Shown in pieces: positions 16,067 through 24,020 of a stretch of DNA of 32,000 nucleotides. The stretch covers positions 45,295 through 77,294 of the forward strand of contig JBAQLI010000086.1 in the NCBI GenBank assembly GCA_049301735.1. The letters are read 5' to 3'. How positions within the stretch are numbered: position 1 is the stretch's first letter; the number at the start of each line of letters is the position of its first letter. This DNA comes from Candidatus Methanoperedens sp. (lineage in GTDB: Archaea > Halobacteriota > Methanosarcinia > Methanosarcinales > Methanoperedenaceae). Both the position numbers and the translations under genes were made by a program. The notes under the pieces were generated by a model. That model saw only the letters and a list, made by a program, of their open reading frames with translations. It was not told where the DNA came from and ran no database searches.

Positions 16067-17032
16067 ATGAATAAAATGCGAATGGTATTATTTAATAAAA
16101 TCTTAATTGTATTACTAATTTTAGCAGGAATTTCGGTATCTCTTTCTGGAGTGAATGCTTCTGAAAATTCATGTATCGATTGTCATAAAACCTTAACTCC
16201 TTTTATCGAAGAACAAAAGCGTTTCAACCAGATAAGGATCCAGCATCTTGAACGAGATGTGACATGTTCTCTTGAATGTCATGAAGACAGGATTAGGCAG
16301 CTTGCAACCTCTAATTACCAGCAATGGCAGGAATCTCTTCATGCTGTAAAGGGAGTCACATGTGACGCATGTCATGGAGGAGATCCAAAACAGGCTACTA
16401 AAGAAAAAGCACACGTTAATTTCAAGAACAATACAGATCCGCAAAGCCCTGTTTATTATACCAATGTTCCAAAGACCTGCGGTAAATGCCATCCAAAAGA
16501 ACTGGATAATTTTGAAAATAGTACACATTTCAAGAAGCTTGAATCATTGGAGCTTGCCCCGACATGCACAACATGCCATCATCCACATACTTTCACGGTA
16601 CTTAACCCTGAAGATTTCAGGAACTCCTGCGGAAACTGTCATTCAGTTTATAAGAAAGTAGCACCTTATGATATACCGCTTAAGGCAGAAGATATGTTAA
16701 GAAAAGTAAACAGGTTAAAATTCAATATAGAAAATGCGAGAGAGGATATTTTCTGGGCAAAGAAGAACGGAACAGATGTAGGACAGGCAGAAAAATATAC
16801 TGATAATGCCCTGAAAATATACCAGAATCTTGCTCCGATGTGGCATGAATTCAATCTCACGCATTTCGAGGATGTAATAGATTCAGCCAATATGGAAGTA
16901 AAAAAGGCTGAAGATATAGTGAAACCCACACCTTTGCCAACTAGAACTGAATCAACCCAGGTGCCTGGATTCATAGGTTTGACTGGATTAATTTCGCTGA
17001 TAGCTGTATTCTATATTCTGAGGAAAAAATAA
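16067..17032 (+). CDS. multihaem c-type cytochrome (5 CXXCH + 1 CX3CH) with PGF-CTERM-type tail
   Basis: 321 aa. Signal peptide. Haem motifs CIDCH, CSLECH, CDACH, CGKCH, CTTCH, CGNCH. Helical C-terminal region, Thr/Pro linker KPTPLPTRTESTQ, then VPGFIGLTGLISLIAVFYILRKK. Confidence 0.85.
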   Translation: MNKMRMVLFNKILIVLLILAGISVSLSGVNASENSCIDCHKTLTPFIEEQKRFNQIRIQHLERDVTCSLECHEDRIRQLATSNYQQWQESLHAVKGVTCDACHGGDPKQATKEKAHVNFKNNTDPQSPVYYTNVPKTCGKCHPKELDNFENSTHFKKLESLELAPTCTTCHHPHTFTVLNPEDFRNSCGNCHSVYKKVAPYDIPLKAEDMLRKVNRLKFNIENAREDIFWAKKNGTDVGQAEKYTDNALKIYQNLAPMWHEFNLTHFEDVIDSANMEVKKAEDIVKPTPLPTRTESTQVPGFIGLTGLISLIAVFYILRKK

Positions 17033-17086
17033 AGGCCAAAAAACGATGAAACAATATAATATTCAGTTATAGAAAGGTGATATGTA

Positions 17087-17536
17087 ATGCAGCCACATTT
17101 AAAAAGAGCTTTCACATTATTAGCTCTTGTAATAATTGCTTTTATTCTCGTAAGGTCCCTGCTTGTCCCTGAATCATTTGGACAATACGGATGGTACAGG
17201 GGAGATTCTGTAAGTGAACTCAGGAACCTTAATGTAAATTATGCAGGTTCGACAAGTTGCGGTGAAGAGAATTGTCATAAAATAATATATTCGGTCTGGG
17301 TAAAGGACAGGCATAAAACCGTAAATTGTGAAACATGTCATGGGCCAGCGCAAAAACATGTTCTTAATGCCAGGGAACCATTGGAAAAAGCGGATGAGTC
17401 AAGAGAATATTGCGGTAAATGCCACTTTAAGGGAATAGCAAAACCAGAAACGTTCCCGCAGGTCGATCCAGAGACACACGGCGAGGATCTAAGATGCGTA
17501 TATTGTCATAATCCGCATAAGCCGTGGTTTGTATAA
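17087..17536 (+). CDS. small membrane-anchored multihaem cytochrome c (3 CXXCH + 1 CX4CH; DsrJ/NrfB/ActA-position subunit)
   Basis: 149 aa. N-terminal anchor FTLLALVIIAFILV. Haem motifs CGEENCH, CETCH, CGKCH, CVYCH. GGTGA ribosome-binding site upstream. Confidence 0.8.
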   Translation: MQPHLKRAFTLLALVIIAFILVRSLLVPESFGQYGWYRGDSVSELRNLNVNYAGSTSCGEENCHKIIYSVWVKDRHKTVNCETCHGPAQKHVLNAREPLEKADESREYCGKCHFKGIAKPETFPQVDPETHGEDLRCVYCHNPHKPWFV

Positions 17537-17549
17537 AAGGAGGCATAAT

Positions 17550-18341
17550 ATGGATATATCAAGGCGAGAGTTTACTAAGATCGGATGCAAAATCATTATA
17601 GGCGCAACTGCCGGGACTACAATTGTAGAATCCCTTATTACAAATAGCATTGCAGCTGAAAACTCACCTGTGCAAGGTGGGTATAATTGGGAGGAACACT
17701 TCTGGGGCTATGTCGTGGACACACGCAAATGTATCGGCTGTGGAAGGTGCGCCAACGCATGTAAACTGGAAAACAAGGTACCATTTGATGAAGAAGTGTA
17801 CAGGACATGGATCGAAAGATATAGGGTGAAAAAAACATCATTTGAAACAAGGGAAGAAGAAGTTGTAATCGATTCGCCAGACGGGGGAATAGAAGGATTC
17901 GTAGACGACATACCCGCGGAAGAGATCAAAAAAGCTTTTTTTGTACCAAAGATATGCAATCACTGCGATAATCCTCCATGTGTCCAGGTTTGTCCTGTGG
18001 GTGCAACATATACAACAAAAGATGGTGTCGTTCTTGTGGATTATGAGTATTGTATCGGGTGCAGATATTGTATACAGGGATGTCCTTATGGCGCAAGGTA
18101 CTTTAATACTGAGAAGAGGACTGCTGACAAATGCACATGGTGTTATCACAGGATAACCAAAGGTTTATTACCGGCATGTGTTCAGGCCTGTCCTACAGGG
18201 GCACGAAAATTCGGAGACATGAAGGATAAAAATAGTGAAGTGAATAAAATAATTGACGAAGAAAGGATCAATCTTCTTAAACCCGATCTTGGTACAAAAC
18301 CCAAGGTGTTCTATATCGGTTTAGACCGGGAAGTGAAATGA
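17550..18341 (+). CDS. TAT-exported 4x[4Fe-4S] ferredoxin subunit (NrfC / PsrB / DsrO family)
   Basis: I prefer the ATG at 17550, which has AAGGAGG at 17537-17543. Twin-arginine motif MDISRREFTKIG. Four Cys clusters: CIGCGRCANAC, CNHCDNPPCVQVCP, CIGCRYCIQGCP and CTWC...CVQACP. Confidence 0.85.
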   Translation: MDISRREFTKIGCKIIIGATAGTTIVESLITNSIAAENSPVQGGYNWEEHFWGYVVDTRKCIGCGRCANACKLENKVPFDEEVYRTWIERYRVKKTSFETREEEVVIDSPDGGIEGFVDDIPAEEIKKAFFVPKICNHCDNPPCVQVCPVGATYTTKDGVVLVDYEYCIGCRYCIQGCPYGARYFNTEKRTADKCTWCYHRITKGLLPACVQACPTGARKFGDMKDKNSEVNKIIDEERINLLKPDLGTKPKVFYIGLDREVK

Positions 18342-19519
18342 TGTTAGAGAATCTGATATGGGGTTATGTTTATCCCAATGAATCTGAAATACAATGGAGT
18401 ATATTGATCGTATTGTATCCTTATATTACGGGTCTTGTAGCCGGTGCTTTCATTGCTTCATCATTATACCATGTTTTTGGCAAGAATGAGATCAAACCTG
18501 TTGCAAGATTCGCCCTTCTTACGGCATTGTCATTCCTGCTTGTTGCAATGTTGCCTTTACTTGTTCATCTTGGACGTCCTGAGCGTGGTATTGAGATCAT
18601 GTTCACGCCACATCTTACATCTGCGATGTCGGGTTTTGGTTACATATTTTCATTCTATCTTATCATAGTAGTCCTTGAGATATGGCTTTCTTTCAGGGAA
18701 GATATTGTCAAAAAGGCTCTTAGTTCACATGGATGGAAAGAATTGTTATATTCAAGTCTTGCACTGTTTTCATTTGATATTTCTGAAGAAACATTGCATA
18801 ATGATGAAAAATTTGCGAGAAAGCTTGCAATAATCGGTATTCCGTCAGCAGCGTTCCTGCACGGTTATGTTGGCTTTATATTTGGCGGCATCAAGGCAAA
18901 CCCATGGTGGTCAACTCCACTTATGCCAATTATATTCCTTATGTCAGCTATAGTATCAGGGATAGCCCTATTGATCTTACTCTATATTGTCGCAATGAAA
19001 ATAAGGAAACATGCTATTGACCATAAATGTCTCCAATCACTTGCACATTACCTGTGGATTTTCCTGATCCTTGATGTAACACTGGAATTGCTTGAGATAA
19101 TAAGCATGAAATACGCATCACGTGAAGATATCGATATTATTAACAGACTCCTTTCGGATAAAATTGGCTTTACTTTCTGGGGAGTGCAACTGACACTTGG
19201 CATATTAATACCATTTATTCTATTGCTCGCGGTCAACTTCATCAAGAAACGAGATACGCTGAAAATGATAATGATTTCTATTTCATGCATTTTTGTCGTA
19301 ATAGGCGTATTTGCCATGAGATGGAATGTAGTGATCGGAGGTCAGGAAATATCAAAGAGCCTTGTAGGAACGCTTACTTACGTTCCTGTATTCTTTAGCC
19401 AGGAAGGAGTTTTACCGGCAATAATAATATTTATGCTCCCATTCATTATACTGCGGGTTGTGACGTCTATCCTGCCGCCGTGGAAAGATATGGAAGAAGA
19501 AACACAAAAGCTTAATTAA
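18338..19519 (+). CDS. NrfD / PsrC / DsrP-family integral membrane quinol-interacting subunit
   Basis: 393 aa and strongly hydrophobic, with roughly 8-10 helices by eye. ATGA overlap with the Fe-S subunit gene. The family call rests on size, topology and the canonical pairing with a TAT NrfC-type subunit. Confidence 0.7.
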   Translation: MMLENLIWGYVYPNESEIQWSILIVLYPYITGLVAGAFIASSLYHVFGKNEIKPVARFALLTALSFLLVAMLPLLVHLGRPERGIEIMFTPHLTSAMSGFGYIFSFYLIIVVLEIWLSFREDIVKKALSSHGWKELLYSSLALFSFDISEETLHNDEKFARKLAIIGIPSAAFLHGYVGFIFGGIKANPWWSTPLMPIIFLMSAIVSGIALLILLYIVAMKIRKHAIDHKCLQSLAHYLWIFLILDVTLELLEIISMKYASREDIDIINRLLSDKIGFTFWGVQLTLGILIPFILLLAVNFIKKRDTLKMIMISISCIFVVIGVFAMRWNVVIGGQEISKSLVGTLTYVPVFFSQEGVLPAIIIFMLPFIILRVVTSILPPWKDMEEETQKLN

Positions 19520-19544
19520 TTATATCAAAGCCCTGGAAAATTGA

Positions 19545-19581
19545 CACAGAGACTCAAAAAAGAACTCTGTGCCCTTTTTTT
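19545..19581 (+). terminator. hairpin plus oligo-T terminator of MHC operon 1
   Basis: CACAGAG (19545-19551) pairs with CTCTGTG (19565-19571) and is followed by CCC and T7 (19575-19581). It lies 26 nt after the NrfD-like stop. Confidence 0.5.
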
Positions 19582-19686
19582 CTAAAATATCGTTAAAAAA
19601 ATCTATTTCTTATACAGTTACATTAGTGAATATTATCGCAAACTTTTTATTGTAGGGAATCATCACATCATTAACAGATAAACAGA

Positions 19687-19705
19687 ATAAAAAACGGGTA
19701 CATAG
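19687..19705 (+). promoter_or_regulatory. candidate promoter of MHC operon 2 (ATAAAAAACGGGTACATAG)
   Basis: Shares AAAAACGGGTA with the element upstream of the minus-strand cytochrome operon and AAAACGG-TA with operon 1. Lies 53-71 nt upstream of the ATG at 19758. Confidence 0.35.
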
Positions 19706-19757
19706 TTCTGACATTAAAAGATAGGATATTGAATCATAACAACGGTGAAAAGGAAAA

Positions 19758-20729
19758 ATGTCTTCAAAAGTTAAAAGCCCAAATTCTTACGTGTATAGTT
19801 TTAGATTTGCTTGTTTAATATTAATTGTCTTTATTTTCTTGATTGCTCCTGCAGGAGCAAATTTAGAGGCCTTTAATAATTCGTGTATAAGTTGTCATAA
19901 AAGTTTATCACCTTTTACGGATGAACAAATAAGATTCAACGATATCAGATCCAATCATACCGACAGAAATATATCCTGCTCGCTTGAATGCCATGAAGAT
20001 ATAATAAGGAAAAAAGCTTCAGACAATTTCCAGCAGTGGTCTGATTCGGGTCATTCTAGTTATTTTGTGACCTGTGATGCATGCCATGGAGGCAATCCGG
20101 ATGTAAATACTGAAGCAGGAGCTCATTCTCCCATGAAGAATATTACTGATCCGGAAAGTCCGGTTTATTATAAAAATATTCCTGAAACATGTGGAGAATG
20201 CCATTCAACGGAATTAGAGCATTTTAAAAATACTATGCATTATCAAAGATTAAGCGCGGAAAAACGTGCTCCGTCTTGTGTTAATTGCCATCAGCCTCAT
20301 AGCTTTAAAGTGTTAAAGGCATCTGAAATTACTACACTTTGCAGTTTTTGCCACAATCAAAAAGACCAGATTGCATCTGCGAATGTTCCCGGTGATGCAA
20401 AATTTGCTCTTGAAAAAGCAGATGAATTAAAAGAAGATATTCGTTTGGCCGAAAATTCCATATCTGAAGCAAAGACAAAAGGAAGAGATATAGTATCAGC
20501 CCAAAATGATCTTGATAAAGCAAAATCTGTGTTGAACGATGTTCCATCATTGTGGCATAGTTTTGATCTTAAAGATTTCGACAATCAAATTCAAATCGGG
20601 ATAGATTCGGCCAACAGAGCACAAGGTAAATTAAGTGAAACTGAAAAAATTGTTCATTCTGTCCCTGGAATAGGAATAGTACTTGTCATGGGAATATTCA
20701 CAATATTGTATTTTATTAGAAAACGGTGA
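19758..20729 (+). CDS. multihaem c-type cytochrome, paralogue of 16067-17032 (5 CXXCH + 1 CX3CH), PGI-variant C-terminal anchor
   Basis: 323 aa. Haem motifs CISCH, CSLECH, CDACH, CGECH, CVNCH, CSFCH occur in the same order and spacing as the paralogue. C-terminus VPGIGIVLVMGIFTILYFIRKR. Confidence 0.85.
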   Translation: MSSKVKSPNSYVYSFRFACLILIVFIFLIAPAGANLEAFNNSCISCHKSLSPFTDEQIRFNDIRSNHTDRNISCSLECHEDIIRKKASDNFQQWSDSGHSSYFVTCDACHGGNPDVNTEAGAHSPMKNITDPESPVYYKNIPETCGECHSTELEHFKNTMHYQRLSAEKRAPSCVNCHQPHSFKVLKASEITTLCSFCHNQKDQIASANVPGDAKFALEKADELKEDIRLAENSISEAKTKGRDIVSAQNDLDKAKSVLNDVPSLWHSFDLKDFDNQIQIGIDSANRAQGKLSETEKIVHSVPGIGIVLVMGIFTILYFIRKR

Positions 20730-20740
20730 AGGGGATATCA

Positions 20741-21835
20741 ATGGATAATATATCACTTATAGATGTTATTAAGCATAGGATTTCAAAATATAAACTTCCT
20801 ATAATCATTGTATTGATAGTTTTGCTTTCAATCACACTGGTAATTTCAGTGGAAATGCTGGAAATTACTGAAAATCCTGCATTTTGTGGTAAGAATTGCC
20901 ATATAATGAGACCATATTACGACTCATGGAGATCATCATCCCACACTACAGTAAAATGTGTGGAATGTCATTATGAACCAGGTGTAATAGGCCATGTAAA
21001 AGGTAAAATAAACGGGCTGATGCAATTTTATAGCTATGAGACCACGGTGGAAGAATACAATGGTAAGTTATATGCTAAAGTCATGGATAAAAACTGCCTT
21101 GTATGTCATGAAGATCGTATTTTTTCAACCGATGTTCCATTCACAGGAGTTAATTTCAGTCATAAGAACCATTTGTTAAAACAAAATAGAGGTATAGGAT
21201 TAACATGTACAAGTTGTCATTCCATGCTTGTTATCGGAATGAAAGAACACCAGTCGGTATCAGATCCGTCATGTGCCCAATGTCATCCAAATATGGAACA
21301 GAAAGAAAGAGGGCACATAGTGGTAACAACATCTACATGTTTTACCTGCCACTTTAGAGATATTCCAGGCAATACTTCGGTATCAGGCTGTCCCTCATGC
21401 CACGGCCCTCCAAAAAATGTGCCCAAAAATTATACAAACTTTGATCATACAAGCCATTTGAGCCGTGGAGCTGATTGCCTGACATGCCATACTGGTATAT
21501 CAAAGGGTGCAAATGACATTGTTTCCAGGGACAAATGCAATTCGTGCCATTATAGTTCGGAAAGGCTAGAAAAATATAATGATTTTAATTTTGTACATAA
21601 GAATCATGTAACAAATAATAAGATCGCCTGTTACAACTGTCATTCTGAAGTACAACATGTACCCGGAATAAAGGAAAATCTATGTACCAATTGTCATAAG
21701 AGCGAGCATCCAGCCGATTGGTTGAGTACTCATAAGTCACAGGTATTAATAGGTAAAGTTTGCAGCGATTGCCACCAACCAAAGTTCTGTTCGGATTGCC
21801 ATGCCACAGGAAAGGCTGTCAAAATGGCAAAATAA
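20741..21835 (+). CDS. NapC/NirT-like membrane-anchored multihaem cytochrome (12 CXXCH + 1 CX3CH)
   Basis: I prefer the ATG at 20741 (GAAGGGG upstream). The track uses GTG 20726, which overlaps the previous stop. A transmembrane helix is followed by TENPAFCGKNCHIMRPYYDSWRSSSHTTVKCVECH, which is colinear with the NapC/NrfH N-terminus (EFCISCHEM...H...CxDCH). Eleven further CXXCH motifs follow. Confidence 0.8.
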   Translation: MDNISLIDVIKHRISKYKLPIIIVLIVLLSITLVISVEMLEITENPAFCGKNCHIMRPYYDSWRSSSHTTVKCVECHYEPGVIGHVKGKINGLMQFYSYETTVEEYNGKLYAKVMDKNCLVCHEDRIFSTDVPFTGVNFSHKNHLLKQNRGIGLTCTSCHSMLVIGMKEHQSVSDPSCAQCHPNMEQKERGHIVVTTSTCFTCHFRDIPGNTSVSGCPSCHGPPKNVPKNYTNFDHTSHLSRGADCLTCHTGISKGANDIVSRDKCNSCHYSSERLEKYNDFNFVHKNHVTNNKIACYNCHSEVQHVPGIKENLCTNCHKSEHPADWLSTHKSQVLIGKVCSDCHQPKFCSDCHATGKAVKMAK

Positions 21836-22062
21836 TTAGTGAACCAGAGTCATATTATAGAAAAATAATGCTATGGTATGGCTTTCTCATTTTTTTTAGT
21901 CCGTAACTCAGCATATCCAAATAGAATGTTTATTTATGTAGTTTCGAACTTCTGCGATGTAATAATACATATTACCATATCTTGATGAATGAAACCTACC
22001 AGAATTGCAATGCGGTGAGCCGATAAGCGTACTATTAACACTTTCGGTCAACATTATCTTAA

Positions 22063-22118
22063 CGGCGCTGGGGTTTCGACCCCAGACCCCGGCGGATGCG
22101 CCGCCGCTGGCGGGGTTT
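22063..22118. other. GC-rich double-hairpin element in an AT-rich convergent intergenic region (candidate small structured RNA; strand unknown)
   Basis: Hairpin 1 is CTGGGG-tttcga-CCCCAG (22068-22085). Hairpin 2 (22086-22116) has outer stem ACCCC/GGGGT and inner stem GGCGG-atgcg-CCGCC, with a 6-nt 3' bulge. No ORF and no known family recognised. Confidence 0.3.
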
Positions 22119-22270
22119 AAATAAACTCACGGTTGCATATTTTTGCGATTCTCCACACTTACACGATATAAGAAGATAATATCCATTATCTGTTTGTCCG
22201 GTCAGTTCCCCTTTTAACAGATTGAATTAAAAAAGAAAACTATCTGCCGACTGGCAAATAGTAATAAAAC

Positions 22271-23029
22271 CTACCTGGACAAAGAACTATCCATTTTTTC
22301 ATTCGTCTGTCTCATGGCCTCTTCATACTCAAGAGGATGTTCATGTTTCATCTGTTTCTCTGACAGGTTGCCTGTAAGCCATGCTTTTGACATGGGGAAT
22401 ACTTCAGGGCTGTAATGAACATTCCACCAGTGGACAATAAAGATAAACAGCGTAGCCAGTAATGCTTCATCTGTATGAACGATGGTGGAAAGATGCACGT
22501 AAGCATAAGGAATTATTTCCATAGCCTTGAACGGATACAACATTATTAATCCGGTTACGCAGAGCATCACCATTCCCCAGAATGCACCCCAGTAATCAAA
22601 TTTCTCCTTCCAGCTATATCTTCCATATTTAGGCGCTTGCGCTTTTCCAAGGTAGAACATTATTGTCTGCCAGAAATCCTTTGCATCCTTTAAAGTAGGC
22701 CATATTTTTCTATCAAGCAACGATTCCTTATCAACAAAAACATGATAAACAATATGATACACCCCAAGGATAACCATCCCTATACCTGCAGCATGATGTA
22801 TCTGTGTCCTCATTGCAAATCCTCCAAGGAGATTGACAATTACCGGGGACCACCACGCATCCGGGAATTTCAGGGGCATTCCACTTATTACTAAAAGCAT
22901 GAACGTGCCTATCATTGCCCAATGCTGTGCAAGCTGATTGAAAGTAAACCTTTTAAAATAAATTTCACCCATATTTCTTTCTCCATTTTTTTTAAAATCT
23001 AAAGCTTCAATTATTTTTTGCCTGGACAT
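22271..23029 (-). CDS. dihaem cytochrome b-type membrane subunit (FdnI / HydC / cytochrome b561-like)
   Basis: 252 aa. N-terminal FKRFTFNQLAQHWAMIGTFMLLVISG pattern, 4-5 helices, and His-bearing helices (IHHAAGIGMVILGVYHIVYH; VHTDEALLATLFIFIVHWW). Starts 3 nt after the upstream cytochrome c gene. Confidence 0.75.
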   Translation of the reverse strand: MSRQKIIEALDFKKNGERNMGEIYFKRFTFNQLAQHWAMIGTFMLLVISGMPLKFPDAWWSPVIVNLLGGFAMRTQIHHAAGIGMVILGVYHIVYHVFVDKESLLDRKIWPTLKDAKDFWQTIMFYLGKAQAPKYGRYSWKEKFDYWGAFWGMVMLCVTGLIMLYPFKAMEIIPYAYVHLSTIVHTDEALLATLFIFIVHWWNVHYSPEVFPMSKAWLTGNLSEKQMKHEHPLEYEEAMRQTNEKMDSSLSR

Positions 23030-23032
23030 ATT

Positions 23033-23986
23033 CTAAAATCTCCTCTGGATCTTTAGCCTTGATAAGAAATCAAGAATTACCATTCCTGTAAAGAAACCTA
23101 TCACGGTAGTGGTCAATATCTTGAAAAATATTGCTATCCAATAAGCAAGGTCAAACGGACCAAGGAAATAATCTTTCATATTAGAATCCATGTTTTTTTT
23201 ATTCCACTTAAGCTCGGCTGTATGCAAAGATTCTTTATCATGTACGAGCCCTCCTGCTACCTTGGCATCAAAATTCACTCCCGCATGGCAATTATCTTTT
23301 CCGCATGTTTTAGGAATATTTTCAGGGTAAGTACTTGAAGTGGGATCTGTATGGGATTTAGTTTTATGATTCTCATGGCAGTCGGCACATGTTGCAACCA
23401 GGGTATAGCCTTTATCAAGCGCCCTCCAATGGAATGATTCTTTATATGTATCGAATCGGTCTGCCTTAATACCGTAATACCATGCACTCATCATTTCGCT
23501 GTTTGAATGACACTTGGCACATGTCGCAGGGCTGTTATGATGATTAGAAGATGAATTAGGATCTTTTATGGCCCGGATCTCATGTATTCCATGACAATCT
23601 GTGCAGGTTGCTGCATCAGGATGGCCTTTCTGGATCGCATCCCAGTGAATGCTTGTCTTATAATCTTGAGTCTCCTTTATATGACATTTAGAGCAAATGT
23701 CGGTAATATTATTTCTTGTGGGCCTGCCAACAAAATCTCCTGACATTACAGAATTGGAGATCAAACTGGAATTGGATTTTTCTGCTCCACCATGACAACT
23801 TGCACAGTTAAAGCCTTTATCGTAATGGATATTGTTCCTGAATTCATTCACCACTTTAGTGTGGCAATGATAACATGAAACATCTTCCTGGGCACCAGCA
23901 ACACCGATATATAACGATAACAAAATTGCTAAAATTAACATGTATTTATTTTTAAACAGTAAATATTTTCTATTGCTTAGAGACAT
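23033..23986 (-). CDS. multihaem c-type cytochrome (6 CXXCH + 1 CX4CH) with C-terminal transmembrane anchor
   Basis: 317 aa. Signal peptide. Haem motifs CYHCH, CASCH, CSKCH, CTDCH, CAKCH, CADCH, CGKDNCH. C-terminal helix TTTVIGFFTGMVILDFL. Confidence 0.85.
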   Translation of the reverse strand: MSLSNRKYLLFKNKYMLILAILLSLYIGVAGAQEDVSCYHCHTKVVNEFRNNIHYDKGFNCASCHGGAEKSNSSLISNSVMSGDFVGRPTRNNITDICSKCHIKETQDYKTSIHWDAIQKGHPDAATCTDCHGIHEIRAIKDPNSSSNHHNSPATCAKCHSNSEMMSAWYYGIKADRFDTYKESFHWRALDKGYTLVATCADCHENHKTKSHTDPTSSTYPENIPKTCGKDNCHAGVNFDAKVAGGLVHDKESLHTAELKWNKKNMDSNMKDYFLGPFDLAYWIAIFFKILTTTVIGFFTGMVILDFLSRLKIQRRF

Positions 23987-24020
23987 TCAATGATACCTCT
24001 CATAACCTATCCATCCTTCA

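Noticed and set aside
21983-22060. Possible C/D-box sRNA (TGATGA at 21983-21988)
   Set aside because: A C-box-like TGATGA is present. However, I could not find properly spaced D' (CTGA), C' and D boxes or terminal pairing within about 70 nt.
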